DNA of 64,000 bases. Origin: Psammoneis japonica. Taxonomy: Eukaryota. The DNA lies in assembly GCA_008632985.1 (NCBI GenBank), contig QPGO01000048.1:310001-374000 (forward strand). The letters run 5' to 3'. Both the position numbers and the translations under genes were made by a program. Under the pieces are notes generated by a model. That model did no database searches, had not been told where the DNA came from, and was given only the letters and a program-made list of their open reading frames with translations. Below are positions 11,991 to 25,800 of this stretch, piece after piece (position 1 is the stretch's first letter; each line of letters opens with the position of its first letter).

Positions 11991-14900
11991 CGTGGGTACC
12001 GCCCGGTAAGTTCTGTCCAACCTGCGTACGTAGAACGCGTGTTGCCATGGGTGGTCAACAGCCTCTACCGGTACTAAGAAGTAATCTTGACGGTGCGAAC
12101 TCCGCCGTTAAAGTATACATTTATTTATTTAGAAGTACTGTAGCAAGAGACCGACACGCGAGACTTCACACTCCTCATTTTTTCAAGGTTGGCGCATCAT
12201 TCATCAAAGCACCACATACCATGATACTCGGAGCGGCTTATTAGACTATTGACGATCCTTTCAACAGTACCCAAACGCTATCTACTTTACCTTTTTATAG
12301 AAACATCACGATGGAGAGTGAGAGAATGATGTGTACTTTACCGTGTAGATACCGTATAAAAAATATGTACCGTATGTATGAACAAACCTTCTTTTCGTCT
12401 AAAGCAGACTAAACTCAACGGACAGCCGTTAATAATAAAAATAGTACAATACGTATGACTTTATTTTCCGTTGAAGTGATATATAAATATTCCAAGCTTT
12501 TGAAATTTAAGGGACGGTGCGGAAATGTCCATTACATCTTTTTAAAAGTTTTCCACACGTTTTTTCTACCGAGTCTATGTAGTTCACGGGGCTTAAATAA
12601 CGAAAAAAACGGTAGGTATTTATCTATAGCCTTTGGCCCCAAATTACATCTTTTTACATTATATACGTATTTTTCCTACCAGATCGAGTAGTTCACAGGA
12701 AACAATTCCTTTTGTATCCGTTAACGAGAGATTTAAAATATTTTAAGTCATTAGTTGACGCGGCGTTGATCTAGCGCACGTAGTGCGTATTTATTAGACT
12801 GTGTATGCGTGTGTACGTGTGTGAGGTGTAAGTAGAATATACGTAGAATTACTACTGAGTGAATTGACTGCGGTGGATTTTCGGCCGGTACACAATTTAC
12901 GTGGTCTACATGGAAGATAAATTTATTATGGTCTGTGAGGATTTTACATGTCATTAACATTTCTTCGATCTTTCAAATGTACACACCCAAATTCAAAAAA
13001 GTGAGGAACACCCCGAAACACATTTTAGAATCTGCATTAAAAAAAATTCCATTTAACGGTCCGAACAGAGTCGCCCCGAAGCGCTTCTCAAAACATCTTG
13101 AGATTCAACACAGCAAAATGTCTGCTGTTGGCAAAACAGAGTCACCATGGGAAAAACAGATCACCGTCCTTCGCCGCGCGCAATGACAGCGGCACGATGT
13201 GGGGGACGTGAGACTGTCGAAGAAAGTCACGTAGATTTTGCACTAAAACAGTCTGTCAATCAGTGCGATTGGGTGTTTGGGACCTCTGGACAGATCCTGC
13301 GCATTTTTTTTTGCGTGCAAATTGCACTGGGAAAACCCCAAACGCACTGGCGATCAGACCGCCTTCGACGATCTCACTTCCAAAGACGCCCCCCAGATGA
13401 CATGCAACAACACCATGGCGAGCAACGTGAACGCCGCTCACTTGTCTGCCAGCTGGCATTTCCAGACAAGTTCAAAGCTGTTGGACAACATTTGTGCACT
13501 GTGTTCATGGGTCAAGTTGGGTTCCTTCTCGTTGCTTGTTGTCGTGTCTTTTTGCAACGTCTTGACCCACGCCGTGTTTTTTGCTTTGTTGCTTCTGCTC
13601 AATCGCGCGCCACCGAACAGCTTTTCCTGCAGGGTGTTGGCATGGCCAGCTGCTCATCACATCGAACCCAAACGTGCGTGACCAACTGGCCCCACCCCGG
13701 CCAATTCACAAGTGTGACAACGTCTTGTGACTGGTTGCGTGTGTGTGATGCGTCTTCTCATGCACTGGTGATTGATTCGCTTGTGCAGTGCATGCAGTGC
13801 AGCACCTGCCTGCCAGGACGTTGTCGACACAATGCACTGCACATGCTGTGCATTCAAACGCGGCAATGACCCCCAGGCAGTGGCAAGTGCTTCTGCAAAT
13901 CCGACTTGTCATAATCAGCAGTGACTTTGCCAACGACGAAAAGTGCCACCAATCTCAAGTGCCGGCAAGTCCCATTGCATCCGTTGCTCCTCGTCACTTT
14001 TGAGCTTCAACGCTGCTCCCACAACAGAACGACAACCGCAAGTGGCCACTGCTGCGTCGTCCATGGGCCATTCTTGAAACGAGAGGTCTTTCAACTAGAG
14101 TCAACGAACACAAGAATTTGGCAATGCCGAACGACTGGAGACTAGAGTGCAAGATGCAATGCACACATGTGCTGCAATGCATCACATTGTCGAACTGGAG
14201 TGTCTTGCACGTCTCTTCTTAAAAGCACCCTCTCTGTGAGGAAGAAGGTTTCTCTCACTTCATTGCAGACGCGGAGACGGGTCCAACTTGCAAGGATCAA
14301 CGCAATCCGTTTTGCACCCGCAACATTCCCAACGAAGGCGAACGTTCTCGGTGCCGGTGATCCACCGCAAGCTTTACGTCGTCGTGCCGAACATTGTGAG
14401 ACCATGGGTGCGGACCTTCACAAGGCACGCACGGTCGCGGACAAGTGTCAATTTGCTGCCAACCTGAAGTCGGGCCTCATTGTCAATGGCGTCTTTGCCC
14501 ACCAAAAGGATGTTCATGGATGAGAACACTTTGTTGTCGATGATGCCCATGGTGGATTCAAACACGAACACGTGGCTCACACCACATGCTCATGTGCACT
14601 TGGATTTAGGGTGCGCATTCATGAGGATTGTAGAAAGATTTGGTTGGACATGCTTTTCAACAATTTGGGTGCTCCATGTTTGGCAGTCAGGAAAAGGAGA
14701 CTGGCTGTAGCACCGGAAGTCGCGCTGCACAACTTTTACAATTAATTTCTTGTTTCGTGTTGCGAAAGCTTGGCACTCAGGTCCAGCACTCTCTGGTGTT
14801 TGCTGTCTCCACTCCAACCATGCTTGTGGCCTTCTTCTGTTGACCCGAGCTCGTGATGCCACCGAAACAGTCCTGGTTTGCTTGCTTTCATGTGCAACCG

Positions 14901-15123
14901 CACCGCATCTCTGCTGAGAAACGACCACACTTCTGCTTGAACCTCGAGCTCAAGATGGGAGTGTGTCAGGGTGTGAAGTCCTCACAACTCTGCCACTTCA
15001 GTGTTGAGACAAATGTTGAGAATGCCACAGTTTAGTTTGCTGCTCAGTGACGTTGCTGCAGTGCATTGTCACATTTTACATTCTGTTTGTTGCCCCGCCT
15101 CAAAACTCTGACTTAAATCCCAC

Positions 15124-16384
15124 TCAGCTGGACTTAGAGAAAACCCTGCTCAGCTCATGTTCCACTTCTTCGTCAATCCAACATGGGTGCAGGTTCAGAT
15201 TGCTTTCCACTGACAGCTCGACCCGGTCCTCTGCAGCAAATCGCATGAACCCACGCTTTTTGTGGACACGAGGGATCTCGCCACATTGAACAATCCAGGA
15301 TTCGTGGTCACCCATGGCACTGGCGTGCGGAATGTCGCTCAAGATTGCAAATTCATCTTCCGTTGGCTGAATGCGGGCAATGACATCATACAATGCAACG
15401 TCCTTGATGCTGGGCGACAAAGCACAGAAGCAGAGCTTGTTCAACTGCGTGGTGTCAATTGCCGCCACAACATGAGCAATCACCTCATCACGTTTCAAAT
15501 GCAGTGCCTTGCCCAACCAGTCGATGCCCTCAAGTGCAAACTGGCATCACCGATTGAACTGCGTGCGTTGCAAGGGGGATTGTGCAAAGCATGTGCGAAT
15601 GGACACTGAGCCGGGACGAACATTGAATGGGAGCCAGTGACATGCATCCCGCTTGTCTGTGTGGGCGACGGCCAAAGAGCTGTTTTGTTCAACAGGATTT
15701 GGATTGCGCTGTGCAGTGCCATTGTGCAAGAAATGATAAATCGCATCGTCAAACGCCACACCTGCGCGCTCCATCAGCCGAGCCCTGACATGGTGGCACT
15801 CGTCCCGGAAACAAGAAAAGATGTCGGTCATGCTGTGCCCAATGCAAGAGACCAATTCCAATCAGATTTTCTGGACTGTCCATCAGAGAACTCCGTAGAG
15901 ATCGCGGCTCAAATCGCTCCGCGCGCATCGTTGTGGGCACTGACTTGGGCTTTCGAGGCATTGGACGCTCCATTGCTGCATCGTTGTCGCTGGCATCGTC
16001 GTCTCCAGCATCGTTGTTGTTCGCATCATCTTCAGTTGCATCTTTGTCTGCTGCTTCTTCGACGATCTCCCCGTCAGATGACTCTCGTTCTGGAACACCC
16101 GCGACCGTGATGGGGTGGAGATTGGAAACGCCGCCACCGAAAAGGGCTTTTGTTGCAAGGCAATGTGAGCTTGTTTGGTCCTTGTGAATCGCCATGAACT
16201 GATCTGCAAGCTCCACATCCTTTTGAGCTTTTTCTTGGTCCCACTTCTTTTGTTCTCCCTTTCAACAATTGGCCGCTCTTCGTTTCGAGTCCCCCTCTTT
16301 CATTCGTTTGTTTGTGCGGTGCTTGCGTGTGGCAATTGCGCCCTTTGTTGTGGAGCAACTCGATCCAATCTTCTTGCCAGCCAT
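15124..16384 (-). pseudogene. Decayed TE-borne ORF of unknown function (basic N-terminus, acidic linker)
   Basis: ATG at 16384 (MAGKKIG...) leads past one stop into ORF 15749-16216, followed by ORFs 15547-15861 and 15124-15516 in shifted frames. Confidence 0.4.
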
Positions 16385-17954
16385 GGTGCTTTCTCAATCG
16401 CATTGAAGTTTTTGTTGTTCTTGTTGTTGTGACTGTGAGCCGAGAGGTTGTTGGCAATCGGCATCATCGAAAGTTTTTCAAAAAGCATTTTAAAACGTCT
16501 CACATGGTTTTTTGTCGTTTCAGTCCCGTTGCCGCTCACCCGCCACCCATTTTGAAAAGTTTCTGAAACAAACAAGAGAATGCGGAGAGTCATTCAACGT
16601 GCCATCCGCCTCTGCTGCTTGTTCAATGAGCTCATGCCAAGAGAGTGCTGGCAGATGGTGACATGGTTTGGTTTTCTTTTCATGCCTGATGCGTTTTCTG
16701 ATTTCCGTCATTGATGATTGATGCGGACAATGTGTTTGTAAAAAGCCTAAAAACGTGCATAAAAAGTCATTTTCCTTCTCCCAAATCTGTTTTGGAATGA
16801 CCGGACAACAACAAGAAGAGCCGGAGAAAATGTCCATTTGATTTTGAACGAGTTTTCCTGCCAGGTTGTCACAGAGAAATCGGGGCATCGAAGGAAATGT
16901 CCATCCAAGTGGTGCTCAGTGCTGCCTGTCCAACAGCAGTGCAATGCCATGCTGCCAAAGCTTGAGACCTCTGCAGCAGCAGCAGTGTTCACAAGGTGGA
17001 AGCCTTCACAAACTTCAGGCATTCTGCCCAGTTGCTGCAAAAAGCGCCCCATGAATTTTGGCTGTGTGGAGCTTTCAGGAGGTGGGTGCCATGTTTTCAC
17101 ACATCCACTTGCAGTCTGTGCTGAAATGGCAGCCCAAACAAGCTGCACAAAGGACAGCAAATGCTGAAACACAGGAGCAAGTGGGGATCAGAAACAAGTG
17201 GTGACAGTGCACACTGTGAGAGAGATGCAAGAACATTGTTTGGAGCAAAAAACCAAGTTGCAGTTGAAGAAAAAAAGGAGTCCCAAGCAAAGCTCACCTT
17301 TTGCTGCCATGACCCAAAAAGGCCAGTGCCCCAGGCACCAAATTTGGCAATGAGCACAAGTGTGGTTGCAAAGATCAATGACAACAATTGTGAAACCAAG
17401 AACTCTGAGGAGCAAGCACATTTTTCCACAAAACATTCAGTTGCGTGAGTTGGGCATTTGCTTGGCGCACACGCACAAACTTGCCCATGACCCAGAAATG
17501 AAAAGCTTTGCTGCAAGCTCATCTTGCACATCAAGGCATCACAAGCACTGCACAACATGCAGTGCTGCATGGGGGTTAAAAGGCTTTGTGCACAGGCAGA
17601 CACCAACAACCAATGGGCTGGGCAACTGCTGTAAAAGAAAAGCTTGAGAAAAGCAAAAATGGAAAGTGAGTCTGGACGAACGTCTGGCGGGGCAACAATC
17701 TGAGATGCGCACCAGCATGACAAAATTGCTGTTGCTGTGGAAAGTTGGATTTGTCTCATGCTGTCAATTGTTTGATGCAAGCACCACATGCCGGCATGTG
17801 GAAAACTGATGTTGTGCATTGAACCAAGCTGTGATCTTGCATGCTCACACAACACAATCTTGTCACCTGCCATGTGTTGCTTTTACCATGTGGCTCACCC
17901 CACTCATTTTCATCTCACTTGTTTTTACAATGTGAACAATGGTGCCCCCCTTTG

Positions 17955-20900
17955 CCATGGGAAATGATTGTCCCATGTGTGGCAAACGTTTCCTCCTGAC
18001 TGGTCTTCAACGCCACCCAAGAACTCATCTTCCCTGCTGCAAACTCTCCTTTTCTCACAGCCTTCGTGCCATTTCTTCCCATCAATCAGACACCGCTCAT
18101 GGTGAACAGTTGCAAATGAGAGAACTAGAAGAACCAGGGGATGTTGCTGCCTCTTCTGCCCTTGGCTCTCCTTCCATTGAATTTGTTGCTGCAGGGTCCC
18201 ACTCTAACACCGGGCCAACTCCACAAGGTTGCACGTGACTCAATCCCCAGCTGTTGCGATGCAATCATGCAGTTTTGTCTGTGCCAGAGTTGTGTTGTTT
18301 CCATGACAATGCCGTTTTGCCCCACACTGATGACATTTCAGAATGCCAGTTCCCTGACCATGAAGAGTTTGTTTCCGACACCAAGGGCACTGCTGCCGTG
18401 GTTGCCGAACCAGGCCCTTTTGCTGCACTCAATCAAGTTGAACACCTCTCCACTGACAAGGACCTTGTGGCACCCAAAGTTTGCAACAGCAAAACCATTT
18501 CCATGGCCCGCATGTTGAATCTGTGTCACTCCAAGGGTGCCCCAATCAGCGCAACCAACGAACTTCTGAGAACTGCACAAGAGGAATTCTCCAGTGGTGG
18601 GTTGTCTGTGACCCAACAAATTCCCTCTCCTTGAACTTTCATGTCACAGCTCAAGTCAGTGTTGCCCGGCGTTGTTGCTCCAGTGCTGAAGCAAGTCCCC
18701 CTTGAGTCTGTGTTTGTTGTCAACCAATTCAAAAACAACCTGCCGCAGGAGCTTTCTCCTGGCATCCCTGTGTGTGACTTTTCCCTTCAACTGCAGGACT
18801 TGTTTGACAATCCCCTTTTTGCAGATCTTTCCAATCTCAATGTTCCTCCTGATTCACGTTGGTCTCAGGTGATCTCCAGCAAACCCATTCTAGATGAGAA
18901 TGGTCACTGGGAACTTTGCAATGATGCTGAAATGAAGGATGGAGAAACTTGCAGCAACTCTTTGCATGGCTGTGATGTTCCTGCCACCCCAGGTTGCTTT
19001 CATGTGTTTGTTGTGTGCTGCGCCAACAAAACTGGGAAAGGACAGGTTGCACCTCATTTGATGAAGCCATTTGTTTTCTCTGTGACTCTCATCAAGGCAT
19101 GTGCCCGCCAATGTTTTGAAGCATGGCATCCCCTTGGATTTGTTCCGAAACACACAGGCCACAAAACAAAGAACCCCGTTTTGGGGATGAGTGTCAGAAA
19201 TTGTCACCACATTTTATCTTGGCCTCAAATTTTGACAAACAGTCTCCGGAAGAGAACTGTGATTGAGAAGAGGAAGACAAAGCCGTCATGCATGCAAAGA
19301 AGGTGAAGATGAAGCAGGCAATCCCAACAATTTGCTCAACGACCACGACGAGTCAGCATGTGAATCCAATGAACACCAACCAAATTCACAAGATGATGAC
19401 AAAGAGACTGACACAGAGAAAGCATCTCTGACAGACCACCCATGTTTGTCAGTGCAAGCTGTTGAGTGGTGATGCAGCGCTCTTGGCTGAATGACCAAAG
19501 CTTGGCCAGTGGGAAGTGTGTTGAGAAATCCATCTGTGTCAAGAGTCTGGAACAAATGATTTGTGTCAGTGGGAGACAACTCAACAGAAGAGACCTTCTT
19601 GCATGTCAAGGTCCTCTTGCTGGTGTGCTGACCGGGTTGGAAATGCACACGTTGCCAAGAGAATTTGTCATTGTTTTTGCGATCAAGTCCTGTCAGAAAG
19701 GGAGGGAGATGAGATGCCAAGTGACAAGTGGAACGCAACAATGACATGGAAGGTGCAAATGAATGTGGGGGCAAGGAGAGGGTGCAACCTGGCGAGAAGA
19801 AACAGTGACACTGTTGCTGTGTTGCTGTGCGACATTGTGACAAAAGTGCCGCAACGTGTTGAGAGGATGGGGCTGCAACTCGAGTTGGCACAAATGTCCA
19901 AATCAATGAAAAATGAACACAAAAAAATGGGCAACCTGTTTTTGTTACAGTGTGGTGATTTACATCAAAATTCTGTGTCAATCAAAAAGCAAAATGAGGA
20001 ATGAACATCAAATTTTTGCACTCTGTTTGAGTGATGTGTGAAAAAAAGAGATGCAGCAGTGCATGTCATTCATTGCAAAAAAAAAGGATGCACAAACACA
20101 TGCCCCAATCATTCCATTTAAGAACGCTGCACATTTCGTGGAGAAGAATGCCTTGGCCATTGCCCAATTTACAAAATTTCAATGTTGGTGACTGTGCAGT
20201 CAACTGCCTGTGCAGCTTCAACATCACAATCCAAAATGTGTGCATGATGCAAACAACAGCAACAGAGACTCAGTGCTGGCATCAAATGTGCATCTTCCAA
20301 TTGCAGACAGTGCAACATGCTGGGCAGCCTGGGATGCCTTTGCATTGACGGAAGGCACCCTGAGTGGGAGAATGCTTTTAAAAATGGATGAAGTGAACAA
20401 ACAAATGAGGCAACCCATGCTGCAAGCATTGAGAGAAGCAGCAGATCGAGACAAAATGTTGAAAATGCGGAGGAGTGACAACGGCAATCCCAGGTTCACT
20501 TTGATGTGGAGACACCGGACTGCCAGGCCAGCGCAGCATTTGCAAAGAGACCACATGGTCATTTTCCGGCCGCTCAGTTCACATGGTCAACTGGGTGAAA
20601 ACAGAGTGTGTGCCGACACGCGGAATTTCAATTTTCATGCTGTGGTGGGATTTGTGGATGGTCACAGGTTGAGCTTGCGCAACCATGTTTGGAGAGGTGG
20701 TTGAGCCAGAGCCGTGTCCGTTGCAAGGAACACATGGACAAAGTGACTTTGATGACACAGTTGAGCTGCTGCAACATGGAAATGCCAGTCAGTGTTGTGA
20801 GACAGCTGTCTTCCATGATTTTGGTGGCTTGCAAATGCAGAGACAAAGCTTGCAAGTTCCCAAGAATTGTTTGTGCTCTGCCACCTTGCAGACACGGTCT

Positions 20901-21200
20901 GTTCATCATCAGAGAAAATGCCATGTTGGACATGGTTCATCTTGATGTGCACAACAGAGGAAGGGTTGGCTGGCCTTTTGCGGACAATTGCTGCCCTCTG
21001 ACAGTGAGCAGAGATGTTGCATTTTACAAGAATGTGCTGCTGGGATTGAGGATGCACTGTGCAGGAATGCACGCTGTCCAAGAGGGTTGCATCAGTGGAT
21101 TGGACCAAAGTGTGGAGTGCTTGTTTTTGAATCATGCAAGTGCAGGTTAGAAAGAGCTGGACAGGACATCAAGGAAGGCAGAAGGGCAAGAGCCAGACCA
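17955..21200 (+). pseudogene. Plavaka-family transposase remnant with N-terminal C2H2-like zinc finger
   Basis: CPMCGKRF..GLQRH, 'IPVCDF.LQLQDL', 'CCANKTG' (cf. YxDKT), 'PFVFSV', 'AWHPLGFVP' (cf. AWRPLGFIP), 'RNCHHIL' (cf. RNYH) and 'RQ..R...LTGLE'. Several stops and frameshifts. Confidence 0.75.
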
Positions 21201-21856
21201 GATGATGAGTGAGAATTAAGCTGAAAGCAAGAAATCCTGGCCAGCTGTGACTTCTGCTCTAGAGTGACAAACCCTGGCAATTTTTAATGCAGTTGCAACT
21301 GTGGTCAAACAATGCTCTGGAGGTGTGGGAAACAAGCAAGAGATGGCTAAGAGCATGGGGCCCCAGACGGCAAAGCCAGGTCAGGCAGTTCATGTCACAA
21401 GCCGGCTAAAAATGCAAAAGAGAGTGTTCAGACTGCAGCCCTTTCCACAGCCCAAAAAATAAAATTAGCTTGTGATTTGAAAAATCTGGCATGCAATGAG
21501 ATGCAGTGGCATGGTGCTTCGTGCGCATCATGCAATGTAAAGTGGATGCACAATGTGAAGCAGCAAATGGCAAAAACTGCCATTCAAACAGAGTGCAAAA
21601 TTCATTTGTCAATGTTCAAAAATGACACATTTGAAAATTTTGGCATTCAGAGAGAGAGAGCAATGTCAAGAAGGGCAAACAGGCATGCTGGCAGGCACGG
21701 GTTGGGGTTTGATTCAGAGAGAAAAATTTGGGTGCAACAACACGGGAAAAGGGCAGGCAAACATGTTGGCATGAAACAATTCATCAGGTGCATGCATTGC
21801 GGCAAGAACAGCGTTGATGCACAAAGAAGTTTGCCTGCTGATGCAGATCATGCCAT

Positions 21857-22890
21857 GTGTCCTTCATTGCAGTTGGCGCCCATGACACAGCAGAGACAGG
21901 ACATGCATCCCAGAATGTGGAGATTGCGGGAATGTTGGTTGTCAGGTCGGAGGCAACAAAGAGGAAGTTTGTGGATGGCCAGACAACCAACTGTGTTGCA
22001 ATGGCTGTGTGCCCAAAGACCAAGTTCGTGATGCATGATGAGGTCAAGCTGGCTTTCGGGAGCAAAATGCAGCAAAAGGTTTGCAAACACCTCAATGTTG
22101 ACACCAGTGATTGTGCAGGTTGGTGGGAAGAGAACAAGGAGAAAGTGAGGAAAAGACCAAACAGGAAAAGAAACAACAGGCAGGAGGTTTTTAGAAAGAA
22201 GATGGTTGGCATGTGCAGCGAGGGTGGCGTGCAGATGCAATGGAGCAGTGTTCTCACCCATTGATTCTTGCTCAGAGATGGCTGGACACAAAGGAATGCC
22301 AAGTGTCAAAGAGACATGGAAAAGGGCAGGGCATTGCCACAAACACACTTTTGGTTCTTGGAAAGGTGCTGCTCCCTTGCAGCTGGAATGGAACAATTTG
22401 AGACAGCGGACAACCAAGGTGTCAGCAATTGGCTGACAACAAGTGTGGGGAAGCTCTTTTGCCAGGCTGATGTGTGACAACTGCTGCAACACAGCCATGG
22501 CTTTGAGGGAGATCAAAAAGCAGTTTGAAGAGAGAGGAGAAGTGCAACAGCCAACCCAGCCCCAGCCGATCCAGCACAATGTGGTGGCAGAGGAAGGAGA
22601 GAACAAACTGCAGCAGAGTCAGCACACAATGCCTGCAGACAAAGAAATCAGAGAGCACGCATGGCAAGAAAAGAAAGAAGAAAAAGAAGGATGGCATGAG
22701 GGGATGGGCTGCTCCAAAAACTGATTGGAGTGACAGCAAGGAGGAAGCTGCAGGAAGGAACAACAAACAGGGGAGTGCAGAGGAAGAAACTGCAGGGGCA
22801 GCAGCGACCAACAACAGCACTTTAACACAAATGGGCACTCAAGGAGGCAGAGTGAATGACAACCCACAGAAGCAGCTGAGGATGCCATGA
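21857..22890 (+). pseudogene. Accessory ORF remnant of the type accompanying Plavaka/CMC-like transposases
   Basis: 'VCPKTKFV...WWEENKEKVRKRPNRKRNN' resembles the FPxxKF...W...VR..LNxKRNN domain of such elements (recalled, not searched). Confidence 0.45.
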
Positions 22891-25800
22891 GCACACGGGC
22901 GGCATGACAGCAACATTTGCTGGCATGCAGCAGAACATGATGACAGCAGAGGAACTGACCAGGAATTCAACTCACATCAGCAGCAACAACAAAATGGAAT
23001 GTGAGTCAGGCATTGACTGGAGTGCAATTTTTCACACGGTGAAAAGCGACCAAGTGTCACACTGCAAAATGTTGGGAACATCATCCATGTGCTTGTTAAA
23101 TTTAAAGCACAGTTTGAAAGGAATGTGAGTCTGGGACTGGTCCAAAGGCACCGGCAAATTGTCACACGGCAAAAAGCAGCCAAGTGTTGCACTTGAAAAT
23201 GTTGGGAACATCATCCGCATGGTTGTTGTGTTTAAAATCAAGGACAAAAATCCACCACAGGGAGCTCACATCACCCAGCACCTGTTGGAGATCTCAGCTG
23301 ATTGGGAGCTCAAGTGCACTGAGAAGAGCAAAGGACTGTGTGGAACTCATTTCCAGAGAAATTGAAAGATGTCTTTGACAATTTGACAATGGTGGAAGGC
23401 AAGGAGAAAAGGTCAAATTTGGGCCCAAAGTTTGCAACATGGCAACATGGCAGCCAATCCAATCCATTTTCTGTCTGTCACACAGGATGATTGAGACAGC
23501 CCAGCACAAGCAAGGATTTGCAGGGCATGAGACAACAAAACTCCACAAGATTGCTGCAGTGTGATTGACTGTGTGTGTTTCATGTTTTCTTCAAGGAAAC
23601 TCAGCTGCAAATTGTGCTGGTCACCTCCAGTTTGTGATGAAATTGTCTGAGTCTGACAACCAAAGCAGCAGAGTGACAAAGACAAAAGAGCACATTCTTT
23701 GCCAACAAGAAATGACACCACTTTGGATCTGTCCATGGGGACACTTCCCAACATTGTGCTTTTTTGGCAAAGGGGACCTCCCAGGCAGGGACAGCTGTGT
23801 GTGCCAGTCAGCTGCACATCACCACCTGCTGTGAAGCTGTTGCTGTCCAGGTTTCTGGCACTGTTTGTGTCAGTGGAGGCACCAACACTGGTTTGCTTTG
23901 GCTGCCAAAGGATGGGGAGTCCATCAAAAGTGACAACTTGTGGCCACACACCAAGACCTTGTCACATGTTAAAGCACCCCATGGACCCCAAGAGGCTGCT
24001 TGTTTGCTCAACACACAACTCTGCAAGAAAGGAGCACAAGATGGTCTCTGAAAAAGCAAACTTTGCAGAACAAGAGAAGATTTGCAAACAGGAGGACAGC
24101 ATCTTTTTTGGATGAGACCACACAAAAGCTTGCAGTGAGAGAGACAAAGCAAGGAAAAAGGAAGAGCTGAAATCTGTGTTTTGAGCTGTCAAGCTGTCAA
24201 CATTGAAGACAGCAAGCAGGTTCACAAAAACAATTGCACCCCATGCAAAGGCAGTTTTTAGAGAAGAGATGGTGTCACAGATGGCTGGCTGTCATGCCCA
24301 AGAGCTGGGGCACCATTGCTTGCTGGAAGAGAAGACTTTTGGCTGGGACTTGGGACGAGCTCACAAACCTCACACAATGAAAAAGTGGGTGAACAACTTG
24401 CCATCAGGCACAGCTGTTCTGACTGCAGCATTGCACCCACTCATTGTTCAACATGTTTGTCACCTGACTGACAATCAGATGCTGGAAAACATTGCTGGCA
24501 AGCACTGACAAAAAAATGGGTGAAGGAGAAAGAGGCAGCAATCAACAAACAAAGTGCTGCAACAGGGAGAAAATGCTCTGAATTTGCCCACTGGGCTAAA
24601 ATTTGCAGCGGCACTTCACTCTCCTGACCAGCCAGACATTGAGCCTCTTGTGTTTCTGGGGTGTGCTGGTGCACAGGAGGTGATGCCACAAGGCAATGCT
24701 GGGCTGTCATCTCCAAATGCTGCTGCTGCCACCTGAGACAAGAAAAAAAGGAAACCACTGCCAGCCAGCTTGTGTCATTTGCCACCTTCTGTGGCCATGC
24801 ATGACAGCGACACATTGGTCTCAAATGTGCAGCTGTGTGCTGCAGTTGCTTGCACAACAACCTCAGCAACCTCCTCTTGCACCACAAACTTCACATCTCC
24901 AATGGCAAGGCCACTGACACAGGCAGAGATAGAGAGGAGAGAGCAAGAGAGCATGTGTGAGAAACACAGTGCAAGACAAACTGATTTGAAACTCAATGAC
25001 ATTGAAAATCAGCTCATCTGTCCTTCTCAACTTAAATTGTTTTGACACAATGGCTCTGCCCCATGTTGACAACAACAGCCAGCCACCAACAAGGCCACCA
25101 CAAAAGTCTTGCTCCTGACTTGGACCAATGCCATCATGCCTGCTGTTCACCTTGTGGCTTGGACAACCATCCAAACAGCAGCTCCTGTGCCTCAGCCACC
25201 AGCCACCACCCCCACCCACATTGTTTTTTTTTGTTTGGGAAAACTGGGGCCAGCAGATTGGCTGTTTGGTTCAGAGAGTTGGCTTTGGTTGATTTTTTTT
25301 GCATTCAAACAGTCTCTTGTTGTGACCACACACAAAAACAATTTCTCTTCAATTGCATCTCTGTGAAGGTGCCAATGGAAAAAAAATCAGGGCATTGCTG
25401 AGGCAAACTGAGGGTGGTTCGCACATTGGAGACTGGGGCAGAGGTGATTTTTGACACATTCTCTGTGTGGGCCATTGTGTGCTCTGTTGCAGCCAAGGAA
25501 ATGCTCTCTTCAAAAGCACACCTGCATTCATCATTCAATGTGAGCAATTTCATCATCAAAAAATCTTCTGGCACATGCAGCCAATCCACTGAGCCCAAGC
25601 TCTGCTTGCCACACTTGACAAAAAAATGTTTCTTGTTCATCAGAGAGAAAGGAGATGAAGGACTCAACCCTCCAGCAAACCCAAACTCAAATCAACAACA
25701 GCAAAAAGTTGACTTGTGTCACACTGGCAGACAAGCTGTTGGAAGATGAAAGCACATTTTGTAAGTTCTTGGTCCTCTCAGATGAGACAAACTTAGAAAG

